Program-made: the position numbers and the translations under genes
NCBI RefSeq assembly: GCF_001194135.2
Contig: NC_068982.1
Coordinates: 93,175,492 to 93,239,491 of the forward strand
Direction: 5' to 3'
DNA: 64,000 bases
Source of the DNA: Octopus bimaculoides
Lineage: Eukaryota
Notes under the pieces: model-generated
Databases searched by the model: none
What the model saw: only the letters and a program-made list of their open reading frames with translations
What the model was told of the DNA's origin: nothing
Shown: positions 23,100 through 36,570 of the stretch, piece by piece
Layout of the letters: each line of letters begins with the position of its first letter
Numbering within the stretch: the first letter of the stretch is position 1

Positions 23100-24385
23100 T
23101 CTGACATAGAAAGGCTATATATACAACGTACAGAAGGTGGTAGAGGTCTTATACAGCTGGAAAACTATTATAAAATAACCACCATAGGACTGCAAAAATA
23201 CCTACTTCAGAAGCAAGGAAAACTAATACAAATAGCCACAAAACACGAGCAAAACAAAAAACTGTTTTCAGTATTTANNNNNNNNNNNNNNNNNNNNNNN
23301 NNNNNNNNNNNNNNNNNNNNNNNNNNNNNNNNNNNNNNNNNNNNNNNNNNNNNNNNNNNNNNNNNNNNNNNNNNNNNNNNNNNNNNNNNNNNNNNNNNNN
23401 NNNNNNNNNNNNNNNNNNNNNNNNNNNNNNNNNNNNNNNNNNNNNNNNNNNNNNNNNNNNNNNNNNNNNNNNNNNNNNNNNNNNNNNNNNNNNNNNNNNN
23501 NNNNNNNNNNNNNNNNNNNNNNNNNNNNNNNNNNNNNNNNNNNNNNNNNNNNNNNNNNNNNNNNNNNNNNNNNNNNNNNNNNNNNNNNNNNNNNNNNNNN
23601 NNNNNNNNNNNNNNNNNNNNNNNNNNNNNNNNNNNNNNNNNNNNNNNNNNNNNNNNNNNNNNNNNNNNNNNNNNNNNNNNNNNNNNNNNNNNNNNNNNNN
23701 NNNNNNNNNNNNNNNNNNNNNNNNNNNNNNNNNNNNNNNNNNNNNNNNNNNNNNNNNNNNNNNNNNNNNNNNNNNNNNNNNNNNNNNNNNNNNNNNNNNN
23801 NNNNNNNNNNNNNNNNNNNNNNNNNNNNNNNNNNNCTATGCCAACACTATGGAATAACAACAGAAAAAAGATGGTATAAACACACGCCAGAAAAGGTCAC
23901 AGAAAACGAGAAAGCAACCATACTCTGGGATATGCCAATACACACAAATAGAGAAATTAAGGCCAATAGACCAGATATAGTTGTCAAAGATCATGAAGTT
24001 AAAAAATGCTTTCTAATTGATGTATCAATACCAGCAGATGACAACGTTTCCCTAAAAGAAATGGAAAAACTTTCAAAATACAAAGACCTGGAAATAAAGG
24101 TAACTCGAATGTGGAATCTAAAAACAGAAGCAATTCCTATCATAGTAGGTGCTTTAGATATAATAAAAAAATGTTCAGACAAATACATAACAAAAACACC
24201 AGGACTTACAAATATATATAACATACAGAAAATTGCACTACTGGGCACTGCACACATCCTACGCAAAACACTTTCAATACAGTAACCATAAGAGCATCAC
24301 AGCAAACCACAGCACATACCCAAGGCACACAGAGCTGTGCTCGGTAGTGAAATGAAAGCACGTTATAAAAATAAAACTACTGAAC
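23097..24385 (+). mobile_element. 5'-truncated R4/Dong-like RLE retrotransposon (spans a gap)
   Basis: KSDIERLYIQRTEGGRGLIQLE, then ANRPDIVVKD...LIDVSIPAD...KLSKYKDL...IIVGAL...LLGTAHILRKTL. (TAA)n at both ends. Confidence 0.9.
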
Positions 24386-24647
24386 AATAATAATAATAAT
24401 AATAATAGTAAGTGCAAAAAATCGTGTTAACTTGAACGACTCATGTACTGAGAAGAGCATTATAAATGTGAAAACACCATCCATTCATGAATTTATTTAT
24501 TTATTAAATTTTTTAATACATATTTTACCTGTGAATTTGCGTGTGTAAACTGAGAATGCATACAATGAGCTTCTCTGCCCTAGGTGTACGGAAAACACTC
24601 GGTGAGAAATGGAAGAAAATTTGAAGAAAGAAGAAAAAACAACAACG

Positions 24648-24688
<41 letters not shown>

Positions 24689-24703
24689 AATAATAATAAG
24701 AAG

Positions 24704-24910
24704 AAGAATCCTTTCTATTGCAGGCACAAGGCCTGAAATTTGGGGAATGGATGTGGTCGATTACATCGACCCAGTACTTGACTGGTACTTTTTTATCGAC
24801 TCCGAAAAGATGAAAGGCAAATTTGACCTCGGCGGAATTTGAACTCAGGACATAAAAGGCGGATGAAATGTCGCTAAGGGAACACCAGCATCCTCTCACC
24901 GATTAGCCGG
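24704..24910 (-). mobile_element. SINE family A
   Basis: gtcgattacatcgacccagtac...tttgacctcggcggaatttgaactc. Confidence 0.85.
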
Positions 24911-25612
24911 AGATGATTTTTAAAATGAGAATATCGGAAATAAACTCGACTGCTCTCACAAACGAAAATACTATAAGTGAACCCGACCGCTCTCAAAAAT
25001 TAAGTAAAAAAAAAAAAAAAATTGGAAAAATAATCCTGAATCCTTGTCTAGTACCGGATCGATCCCCAAATCTAGTCAGTTCGTGCCAGTCATGAGGCTA
25101 AACATCACTGAAAGTTTCATCCNNNNNNNNNNNNNNNNNNNNNNNNNNNNNNNNNNNNNNNNNNNNNNNNNNNNNNNNNNNNNNNNNNNNNNNNNNNNNN
25201 NNNNNNNNNNNNNNNNNNNNNNNNNNNNNNNNNNNNNNNNNNNNNNNNNNNNNNNNNNNNNNNNNNNNNNNNNNNNNNNNNNNNNNNNNNNNNNNNNNNN
25301 NNNNNNNNNNNNNNNNNNNNNNNNNNNNNNNNNNNNNNNNNNNNNNNNNNNNNNNNNNNNNNNNNNNNNNNNNNNNNNNNNNNNNNNNNNNNNNNNNNNN
25401 NNNNNNNNNNNNNNNNNNNNNNNNNNNNNNNNNNNNNNNNNNNNNNNNNNNNNNNNNNNNNNNNNNNNNNNNNNNNNNNNNNNNNNNNNNNNNNNNNNNN
25501 NNNNNNNNNNNNNNNNNNNNNNNNNNNNNNNNNNNNNNNNNNNNNNNNNNNNNNNNNNNNNNNNNNNNNNNNNNNNNNNNNNNNNNNNNNNNNNNNNNNN
25601 NNNNNNNNNNNN

Positions 25613-25799
<187 letters not shown>

Positions 25800-28700
25800 T
25801 TACTGTTGATGTTATATAAACCACATTGCTCGTGTTTCTTCTAAATTAAATATTACACACGTTTTATCAAACAACATCCCCATGATTTATTCAACTGTTA
25901 AATTATGTATGTATACATTTCTACATGGATGTTGACCTTAACGTTAAAATACACTGTGTTATCAAGCATTCGAGTTTTCTGGCTTTCTATTGGAAGTACT
26001 ATCTTCACCAAAATGTTTCTGATCATATTTCATGAGATATGTAGAATAAAATCAGGTATCATAATTACCAGATTTATTATATATCACATTGCAAAGCTGT
26101 CCTCTAGTCCTCTGATCAGTTAACAGGTCGGAGCTTTCCTAGTTCTATACTGACTACTCCTGGCAGCAGACATGCTTCATTTTCACTCATCGAAAGTAGT
26201 CAAGTGAGTATTACGGAGTATTGGGAAAGTCATTAGAGAGTTGAAGAGAACGCTCTCCGATATCTGTTCTGATTCTTTGTGCTCTGAGATCAAATCCCGC
26301 TGAGACCAACTTTACCTTTCCTCCTTTCGGAGGTTGATAAATGGTCATGAGCACTACTGTAAATGGTCATGAGCACTACTGACTAAAAAAGTAAAAATGT
26401 TATTTTGTATGTTTCGCCTTATCTTTCACTTGCGCAAAGCCCAAATTTCAAAATCCCCGAAGAATTCATTCACTCGGTGCTGTGTTACAACAGTTCATAT
26501 GAATAACATCCCTTACAACAACCACCAGAAGTAATTTAACATCAATGGTTAGAAGGCTTCAATTCTCTCCATGGACGCCTGGGAAATGATCGAATGGAAT
26601 TTTTTCTATTAATCATTTATCTAAACTAACGCGGTAGATAGTCTTGATGGTGTTTTTTCCATTATTCTTGAATAGTGCGCTTCAGAACTTCCTTCTATGT
26701 AACCAAACTCATTAATCATTCTTTTACAGTAGGGATCTATTTTAATCTACAGAAGCATTCGAAGTGCTGCACTTCTGAAAGGTAATGGAAACGTTTGTGA
26801 TCAATCACCTTCGCCACATTGAATCTGTTTCCATTTTTAGCGAGCACCAATATAGTTCATGTAGAGCTAGATCTACGTGAGATTTGTTCTCTATGAGCCA
26901 ATAGAGGAGCTTCTACGTGGCCATTCGGTCTACTAGAAACACTTACTGATTGATTTTCGTATTAACATTACCGTCTTACAACGGGAAGGATACATTGGAT
27001 AATGCAATCTTAGATAAAATACATTAAAAGAATAAAGTGAGTTGATAATAAAGTGCTTTTGAAAATCAATTTACCCAATCAGAGCTGAAGTGAGGCTTAA
27101 CCACAAATTTCTTTCCTGTGTAACGTAGCATTGGTCTATTTGAGTTTTAACCCACCTTAGAGTTTCAAACAGTCACTGATGAAAACAAGGCGGGTTGGTG
27201 ATTTTTCAATGGTCCGTTTGGCATTAATATTATAGAAAATTTTAACAAGACGACGTACTCTCCTTCTTTTTCAAACGTTTACTATTCAGCTCTTCACTTT
27301 ATTTTCAACAGAAGATACAATAACCAACGTATGTATAATCACTGCAATAAAACCATCAATGTGGGCATTAAGTCGATTTTAACACTATCCTTTAATAAAA
27401 TCCTAGGTTCGCTTTCCAAGGGTGAGAAATGACATTCACAGTTGATGATGAATATGCAAGTAGGAAATCCCAAACCCTTTCTTTTTTCATTTTTTAAAAA
27501 TCTGGTATACTTCAGATGATTTTTCAGTCAATAATTCATCTTTAAATTTGCAAATTTGGATGGCAGATTTACAAGCTTTACATTCTCCAATGACAAGTCT
27601 TAAGATCCCTTTGACCATGTCTCCAACCATTTTATATTTGGTGACGGCTAAATCCTAGGCAGGGGAATTTTGAGTGTCTTCTTTACTTTTCTTTCATAAG
27701 GTTATGACCCCAAAAGCTAGATGTTTGTCTGTTCCTTTCATTTGACGTATTTATTTTCCGTTTACATATTCTTTACTTTTCTTTCGGTCAGAGCTTTTAA
27801 TGACCTATTTGCCGCACATAACACAATTCCATATGAAGTCTACATAATCCGGTACTATAATGCAGCAATAGATAGCCTTCGACCCATGGGTCCTTCCGTG
27901 TGCACACCTAACGAAAAAATTACCTTTAATTCCTTCTTTAATAGTGTGGCTGTCCTGATGGTGAGCCATGTCTTGTAAACTGAGGAAAATTAAGGAAGCT
28001 GCACCTATAAGATTAACTGAGAATCTGAGTAACCCACCACAGATTCCATCATAATATATAGGCATCATAGTTCAAAATAATTTTCAATATCAGCATTTTC
28101 CAACTTGCCTATCACAAAATGGTAAAACGTTGTGTTGTTTAGGTCTCGGCTAACGTTGGCAGAGCAGGCATATGATTAAAGGCGTTCTCAAGATGTGTCT
28201 ATCCTGTCTTTTTAGGAATACTTAGAACGAAATGATCTAGCGAGTCATACTTTTAGTACTGTAGGCTGTGATTTGGAGGAGATTCGGTAGCTATCTATGG
28301 CCAGTTGAACGACCACGTAGCGACCATTGGTTTATGAAAAACTGTGTTAGAATCAAAACTTCTGGATTCGACACTTAAAGTTAAAAGCCCTGGTATAAGA
28401 CATCCTAAGACATATATCGCGGGAGCGAGAAAAGAAGTAAAATAGTTTAGAAACCTCAAATTAAAGTTGTGTTGATGCTTCGTAATTTCTTACATGTTTC
28501 AGGGTAGGTGGCATTTAGTATTTTCTCTCAGAAGCGCCAGGTGTTTTGTACAGTGTACCGCGAAACCCTATGAATTAACATTGAGAATAATACCGAGAAG
28601 GAAGTAAAGTGCCACAACTGACTCTGTCTTCCGTAGGAGTATATCTTCCAAACGTCACATTCACAGCCATTTCTCTCTAGAAAAAAATATTCACAAAACT

Positions 28701-30039
28701 AGAAGCGATGCTATGTCTAGACAAAACGTTATCGATAACCAAAAGAAGAAATAGATAAGTGCAAATAGGGAATAGAAGTGTTACAAATCAAGCAATTTTC
28801 TTTACTTTTTTCTTCCGATTTTATTTTATTCTTGAAAATCTATGACTATATTACGCGTCAATGCTTACTTTACTATCGCTTAGCTGCTTGAGATTAGCAA
28901 CATCCCAAGGGAGGAGATGGATACAATATGGTTAGAAAAACTTCTCAATTTTCAATATTACCCTACGCCCTATAATTCTATTAACACACACCAACCCTAT
29001 TTTGATTACTCAAATAGGTCTGGTAGAGAAATAGTAAAACGTATGGCTGTAGCAGTTGTAGGTTCTCCTGTTGTTGGTATTAAAATTGCAATATTTGAAT
29101 TATTTCTTAAAAAAATATGATGTTTTGGACAACTTGTAGGGCACGTAATTCCGTGTCGTTACGCTTCATCAGCTACAGACACCGAATTTGTCGTTCATAA
29201 CGCACTAATCAACACACGCGCGCACATGCGCACGCACACACGTACATGCGCACGCACACACGTACAAGCGCACGCACACACGCACATAAATAGGGAACAG
29301 CTTCTGAACTTGCTTATAATGAAAACACTACTACGTACGAGTTTAATCCTTTTTATAAAGACTTTTTCATCGTATTAGACCTGTATGTTTAGTTTTAAAA
29401 AATAGCGTTCATTACTTGACATTTTAAGACTTTTTCCATCATTATCAAAATAATACAATGACAGCAATAACAATCCGTATGTTGTTCGTACACTTTGCAG
29501 TAGACCGAATGGGAACATGTGACTGCTGTTATAACCGATATAATCATCAACGCATGATTTAAAAATCATACAATGACTTATCTGTGGGTTGGTTTATGGT
29601 TCGCGTTTCGCTATTAGTAAATCTTCCATATTTTCTCTCATTTTTCTTCTTTTTTGTGTGTGTGAAATATTGGACTTCTCTCAACTAATGTTTAGCTAAT
29701 TTTATGGAAAAATAATGGCTTGTAATGAATCGTTGTAAATGCAGTTAAACGATGTAACAGTTTGAGTCGTGAAGTTTAAAACTTTCAAGTTCACTTTAAA
29801 ATTTGGTAAACCCAATGGGTATCTGATGAACGTCTTGTGCTTTGCTAGTTGGTGGCTTCGTGTTGATAAGGAGTTTTGTTTTCATTCTGATGGTATTCTA
29901 ATATATTCTGACAGTTTGTAGATGGGTGTAATATACACAGTATTCTGTTTTAATTTCTTTTTATGACGTATTTCTCCATTTTGTAAAGTGCATGTAGTTT
30001 TTGCAGTTCAAAGATACATCTATAACTCACTTGTACAAA

Positions 30040-30690
30040 AACAAAGGGAAGAAGAGTGTATGTGATAATTGCAGGGAATAAGATTAGCTGGAAAAATTCT
30101 TGCGGGGTTGATTCTTAACCGCATCAATTAGCATGCAGTAAACAGCATGTGTCCTGAATTCCAATGTGGATTTCGGTCTGATATGCTTTTTGCCTATTGG
30201 CAAGTTTTTTAAAAAGTGTGTGTGTGGGGGGGAATAATGGGAGCAAAATTTTGGCTTGTACATGGTCTTTGTTGACTCGACCAAGGCCTTTGATATATTG
30301 AATCGGGAGGAGCTTTGGAAAATTTTGTCTAAAGTTGGTCTTTCTGATAAAATGATAAGGGTAATAGTATCCCTGCAACGTAAAATAGCAAGATAAGATA
30401 TCAAATGTCAAACTTTGTTTAAAAAAAGGTGATATCTCTCGTATCGAAAGAATACTGTTGAAAATTCCTTGCATTTTGTTCGAATGCAGGGTGATCGCAT
30501 TCTGAACATTATTTTGTAAGGCCATCAAGTAGAGGGATTCCTATACCTAAGGAATAAGATATTAGGATAAGTTGAAACAATCACTAAAATCCCTGCAGCT
30601 TAATTTATCATCTTGGGAAAGTATTGCCTATGAGTGGCGTAAAATGTGTTTTGATGCATCTAAACAATTTGAGTTGAAGAAACGGAACAA
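30040..30690 (+). mobile_element. RTE-clade LINE relic (RT motifs and C-terminus)
   Basis: KNKGKKSVCDNCR, AGKILAGLILNRI, PEFQCGFRS, YMVFVDSTKAFDILNREELWKIL, LKQSLKSLQLNLSSWESIA. Confidence 0.75.
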
Positions 30691-30920
30691 TGAAAGAATT
30701 ATACCCTGCAATCAACAGACACATTTGTTCAATCCAGGCAAAATCAAAATTATCATTATCCCCATTGTGACTTCATTGCAAAATCCATACTTGGATTCAA
30801 AGTACATTTACGCTTCCATCGCAAATAGATGCAGCTCCTTTCGTATTTAATCCTTTTTTTAAAAATCCTTTTTCTGCAAACACTCATTCATTGAAATCGA
30901 CGGGAGTGATCTGTTATTAT

Positions 30921-31891
30921 TATTTACTTTTAATCTGCGTGCTTGTTACAATCATTTGCCCAGACACACCTAGCGTCCTAGGGCGAGTGAAAGATAAGAG
31001 CTGTTACAGTATGACTGAAGGCTTGGGGAGGGGAAGTGGCAGGGGCAGTAGCGAAATATCTTTATATAATACAGCACAGACATTTAAACTGATAGGGACT
31101 TTCTAAGGATGTGAGCAGTACTTGTCAGCACAATCTTTTGGATTTCTCTGAGACACGGTTCTCCTGGGATATCATCTACATGTTTCTGATAGCTCTTTCT
31201 TATCATACCAAGGGTGCTCACTATAGCAGGAACAGTTCTCGCTTCAAGATGCCACATCTTTTCTGTATTTCAATTTCCAGGTCCTTATATTTGCTTAATT
31301 TTTCAAATTCATTTACAGATATATTTTTTATTAGTGGGAAGACTTACATCTATTAGTCAATGAGTATTTTCTTCCCTGTCTTTAATGACTACGTCAGGTC
31401 GATTACCCTGGATCTTTCTATCTGTGTTGACTGGAAAATCTCAGAGGATAGTGATAGTTTAACGTTCAACGAGTGGCTAAGGGTGATGTTCAAGGGTGCT
31501 GATTTTGTAATGTTTACATATTTTCCAATCTAAATACTGTCCTACCCTATCATGACGATTTTTGTATTCGTCTGGTGTCTGTACAGGATATTCCGAGACG
31601 AGATGGTCTAATGTTTCATCAAATTTATCGCATAATCTATATTTAGAATCAGAACCGTTTTGAAGAACGTAAGTCTGATAGTTTTTGACAAGCAAGCTTT
31701 GATCTTGTGCCACCAATATGAAACCTTCAGTCTCTGCTTTCAGTCCTGAGCTTCTTAGCCACTAATGTGTTGTTGCTTGGTCTACATCAACATTTCGGCT
31801 TCGAAGTATATATTGTCCATGCAGAGGCTTCTGGTTCTATCGCTTATCAATTTGTTTCTTCCCGTTCTTTTTTGCAGTCTGTTTGATCCGT
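30921..31891 (-). mobile_element. 5'-truncated R4/Dong-like RLE retrotransposon
   Basis: MVAQDQSL...YRLC...ETLDHLVS...YKNRHDRVGQY, NRPDVVIKD, KLSKYKDLEIEI, TAHILRKSL. Confidence 0.85.
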
Positions 31892-31892
31892 T

Positions 31893-31925
<33 letters not shown>

Positions 31926-31958
31926 GTCGTCGTCGTCATCATCGTCGTCCGTCTTCAA

Positions 31959-32048
<90 letters not shown>

Positions 32049-32085
32049 CATCATCATCATCATTATTATTAATATCATTATTATC

Positions 32086-33005
32086 ATTGCCTTTGCACAG
32101 CTTCTAACGCTGGAGATGTACTACAGTGTCAGCTGTTCACTACCAGTGAACTAAGGTAACGCCTCTTATTTTTTGAGCACCTTCTGGAGTATTCGAGCGG
32201 TTCCAAGCAGTGCTGTTTTCTGCAAGCGCTCCACCCTTATTGCAGCCCCTATTTGTTCCATGTACTTCTCGAGATTTCAGCTCACTGTTCCCAGGGCTCC
32301 GACAATTATTGGTACTAGTGCTACCTTTTTTCATCGACCACAACTGCTTAACTTCCCAAGCTAACCTGTCATATCTCTCGACTTTTCTTTCTTCTTTATC
32401 GCACACCTTGTTGTCAGCTGGGCATGCTATATGAATGATCCAGCATAGTTTGTTTCCTTTTTCAATTAAGACTATGTCCGGCTTCCTATTCTCTATCTCA
32501 TGGTCACACTGAATCATAAAATCCCAAAGGAACTTTGCATTTTTATTTTCAACGATGCCTTCAAGTTTGTGGTCGTACCAATTTTTTTCTCTGTCAACTC
32601 CATACTTGTTGCAAAGTGTCCAATAGACAATCCTGGCTATATTGTCGTGGTGTCTCTTATATTCCTTCTGGGCTAGTGGTGTACATTGGCTGGTAATATG
32701 CCATATGGTTTCACCGTTTTGTCCACAGATTCTGCACTTATCACTTTCTGATTTGTTGTCTACTCTGTATTTTATGTAGTTTGTTCTTAATGCTTGCTCT
32801 TGGGCAGCATAGATTAGAGCCTCAGTTTTCGGTTTTAAATCAATTATTTTACTTATAGCCTGTTTCTTCTATCTGCTTCATAACCTCCCCCGACGGTATT
32901 GTTAGCCCGTCTATACATTTGATTTTGCCTCTCTTCAAGACTAACACACCACACTCTCTCAGTCCGAACTCCATTCTGATATCAGCGCTGGAGGTATACA
33001 CCGTA
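32086..33005 (-). mobile_element. R4/Dong-like RLE retrotransposon fragment with internal deletion
   Basis: MEFGLRECGVLVLKRGK...TGYK joined directly to LKPKTEALIYAAQEQAL...CRICG...NRKPDIVLIEK...LGTARIL. Confidence 0.85.
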
Positions 33006-33022
33006 TCATTATTATTATTGTC

Positions 33023-33058
<36 letters not shown>

Positions 33059-33073
33059 GTTGTTGTTGTTGTT

Positions 33074-33124
<51 letters not shown>

Positions 33125-33171
33125 ATTATTATTATTATTATTATTATCATTATTATTATTATTATTATAAA

Positions 33172-33262
33172 GTGGTGAGGTGACAGAATCGATAGCACGC
33201 TGGACAAAATGTTTAGCGGTATTTCGCCGGCCTTTACATTCTGAGTTCAAATTCCGCCGAGT
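33172..33262 (+). mobile_element. SINE family A head (3'-truncated)
   Basis: gtggtgaggtgacagaatcg...ctgagttcaaattccgccgag. Confidence 0.8.
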
Positions 33263-33264
33263 TC

Positions 33265-34517
33265 AAGTTAGTGTTATGCTTAGGGTGTCATATATTTGGT
33301 TTTGCACATAGTATCGTTTTAGAGAATGTTTAAGAAAACATAAGAAAATTATGAGTTTGTTTTAAAATTTGAGATTACATAGATAGTATTTTACGTAGGA
33401 TATGGGCAGCTCCCATCAGCATTATCTTTTGAATTTCTACCATTTTGGGGTTTCCTGGTATTCGAGCTAGGTAGCAATCAGCCCCGTTAGCTATCATTCC
33501 TAGTGCACCTATGATAACATGTTTTGTTTTAGTCTTCAGGTTCCGCATTTTGCCAATTTCTATTTCAAGATCTTTATATTTGTTCAGTTTTTGGTAGATC
33601 TTGACAGAAACATTTATGTCGATTGGGACAGTCATATCAATGATGCGGCATGATTTTTGTCTGAAGTCTTTCAATATAATGTCTGGACTATTCGCATATA
33701 TCTTTCTGTCAGTTTGAACGGTGAAGTTCCAGAGGAGTGAGATGCGATCATTTTCAAACACTGGAGGTGGTTTGTGTTCCCACCAGTTTTTATCATGGAA
33801 CAGGTTCAGGTTTTTGCAAATTACCCAGTGAATATATTGTGCTGCTCTACCATGCCTGTTGAGAAACTTTGTAGGCACAAAAATACTGCACATGGAGACA
33901 ATATGATCAATGGTTTCATTTCATTGTTTACATGGTGGGCTACTGCCGTTCTTTAATGTGTTGGCCTGGTATCGCTTTGTATGTAGGTATAGATCTTGGG
34001 CTGCTATGATAAACCCTTCTGTCTCTGATTCAACATCGGAACTATTAGCTCTCTTTGGGTATTTGCCATTGAGAGGTTTTTCGTGCCATTTATCAGTAAG
34101 AACATCTAAGGCAACAATTTTATTACGGGTTTTCATACGCTTAGCTTTTTCGGTGCTTGTTCCGAGTACGTCTAATTCTGGGATTTGTTGTATTTGGAAT
34201 TCATTTAGATATTCTTTTGCCTGTTTTGTTACTGAGCATGATGCTTTTCTTTCCATGCTTTAAGACAAGTTCTAACTTCCAGTCCTCGATCCTGTTTCTT
34301 GCATTTAGCTCTGTCTTGAGTATTGCCTTTAACCTGCGATAACATTCTCTTCTGATCCTTTCCTTCATCATTGAATGTTTGATTCCATCACCTCCGCTCT
34401 TCGCTGGTTCTAATTCCTTTATGACATTCTGCTGGTCAAGGTTGTAGCTCTCCGATGGTTCTGGTTCTAACTCTTTTATGACATTCTGCTGGTCAAGATT
34501 AACGTTGGGTATTTTTG

Positions 34518-34519
<2 letters not shown>
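33265..34519 (-). mobile_element. 5'-truncated R4/Dong-like RLE retrotransposon
   Basis: KERIRRECYRRLKAILKTELNARN, WHEKPLNGKY, ETEGFIIAAQD, NSPDIILKD...IDMTVP...NKYKDLEIEI...GAAHILRKIL. Confidence 0.85.
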
Positions 34520-34590
<71 letters not shown>

Positions 34591-34591
<1 letters not shown>

Positions 34592-35010
34592 TAGGTTTTC
34601 TCAAGTTCGGTCTTATTCCTGGTCTAGATTATATGGATAGCAGGTTACTGTAATCTTAGGTATCTACAAGTTTTCAGCAGTCTTTCAAGTGCTTAAGACC
34701 CTCCTGGTAATCCTTGCAGTCCCTAAGAAGCAAACTTTTTGTAGTAGCTCTACTGGGCATTCTATTTCAGTCTCCCTCAGCCATTTGTCTCTATCTTAGT
34801 TTACTATTCCCAGCGTACCAATTATTAAAGGCACAGCCTTTACTGTTCGCATACTCTAAATTCTTCCCGTTTAAAATTTTAGGGGGTTGTATTTATTTGT
34901 TTTTGCTTTTCTTCCTCTTTCTTTACGATCCCGGAATCAAATGGGCATGATGGCTCGATAAGTAAGCAACTTCGCTTTTCCTTATCTGGTCTATTATTTT
35001 CTAACTTCTT

Positions 35011-35011
<1 letters not shown>
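34591..35011 (-). mobile_element. R4/Dong-like 3' fragment (RLE + 3' UTR)
   Basis: ENNRPD...CLLIEPSCPFD...ELLQKVCFLGTARITRRVLST*. (ATT)n on both sides. Confidence 0.8.
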
Positions 35012-35094
<83 letters not shown>

Positions 35095-35099
<5 letters not shown>

Positions 35100-35210
35100 T
35101 AGTTTTATTTTTATAACGTGCTTTCACTTCACTACCAAGCGCAGCTCTGTGTGCCTTGGGTATGTGCTGTGGTTTGCTGTGATGCTCTTATGGTTACTGT
35201 ATTGAAAGTA
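35095..35210 (-). mobile_element. Extreme 3' end (about 115 bp) of the same R4/Dong-like subfamily as 23097-24385
   Basis: Reverse complement of about 24270-24385 with few mismatches. (ATT)n on both sides. Confidence 0.9.
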
Positions 35211-35583
35211 TTATTATTATTANNNNNNNNNNNNNNNNNNNNNNNNNNNNNNNNNNNNNNNNNNNNNNNNNNNNNNNNNNNNNNNNNNNNNNNNNNNNNN
35301 NNNNNNNNNNNNNNNNNNNNNNNNNNNNNNNNNNNNNNNNNNNNNNNNNNNNNNNNNNNNNNNNNNNNNNNNNNNNNNNNNNNNNNNNNNNNNNNNNNNN
35401 NNNNNNNNNNNNNNNNNNNNNNNNNNNNNNNNNNNNNNNNNNNNNNNNNNNNNNNNNNNNNNNNNNNNNNNNNNNNNNNNNNNNNNNNNNNNNNNNNNNN
35501 NNNNNNNNNNNNNNNNNNNNNNNNNNNNNNNNNNNNNNNNNNNNNNNNNNNNNNNNNNNNNNNNNNNNNNNNNNNNNNNNNNN

Positions 35584-35651
<68 letters not shown>

Positions 35652-36004
35652 GCGTATGATCGCGCGAGCGTTACAGAAAATTTGAGTTTGTATACCACCG
35701 TTGGGTTGTTCTATGAGCAAAAGACATAATTCTCAATACCCTAGATGGAGTTTTTTATTTTTTCTATAGGGAGTCAGTGTTTAATCAAGCAGTTTTGCAA
35801 TTTTCAAAGGTATTCCAACAAACAAATATTTTAAGCACGGAATGTCCCCCTAATAGACAGTTAACACGTGGGCGATAATCATTTCGTCATTGTATTTAGC
35901 AGGATTAGAAGATTGAATCTGAAATTAAAGAATAAGTGAAAAGACGTATAGAATATGCATATTTAACATTTTTGCTGTTGTTTATTTATATCTTATCACA
36001 AAAG

Positions 36005-36365
36005 GTTGGAGGCGCAGACTCGCGGTCATAGGATCGCGGTTTCGATTCCCAGACCGGGCATTGTGAGTGTTTATTGAGCGAAAACACCTAAAGCTCCACG
36101 AGGCTCTGGCAGGGGAAGGTGGCGAACCCTGCTGTACTCTTCCACCACAACTTTCTCTCACTCTTACTTCCTGTTTCTGTTGTGCCTGTAATTCAAAGGC
36201 TCAGCCTTGTCACACTGTGTCACGCTGAATATCCCCGAGAACTACGTTAAGGGTACACGTGTCTGTGGAGTGCTCAGCCACTTGCACGTTAATTTCACGA
36301 GCAGGCTGTTCCGTTGATCGGATCAACTGGAACCCTCGACGTCGTAAGCGACGGAGTGCCAACAA
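36005..36365 (+). mobile_element. tRNA-derived SINE, third family (E), A-box apparently deleted
   Basis: ggaggcgca|gactcgcggtcataggatcgcggtttcgattccc (B-box), GC-rich body, 3' gacggagtgccaacaa tail. Confidence 0.7.
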
Positions 36366-36533
36366 TCACAAAATATTTGCTCTCAGTTTTCCGTCTTTTG
36401 TCAATTAACTCCTTAGGAACTTATTCAAATCTTCTTTCTTTATAACTTTCTAACTGTGAAAATGTATTTCTAAAATACATCAGCCATTTTATTTCAGTGA
36501 CATTTTATTTTTTAATTTTATTTTAATTTTATG

Positions 36534-36570
<37 letters not shown>

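Noticed and set aside
27850-27930. LGVHTEGP on the minus strand resembling the NagA LG.HLEGP motif
   Set aside because: The flanking residues do not match, and the frame is closed by stops on both sides.
28494-28676. 183-bp segment with good minus-strand splice signals
   Set aside because: All three frames contain stops.
31765-32154. Poly-I/S/H/M/D/Y ORFs here and at about 6.4, 24.5, 41.0-41.6, 53-54.7, 57 and 62.3 kb
   Set aside because: Translations of di-, tri- and tetranucleotide microsatellites; no coding evidence.
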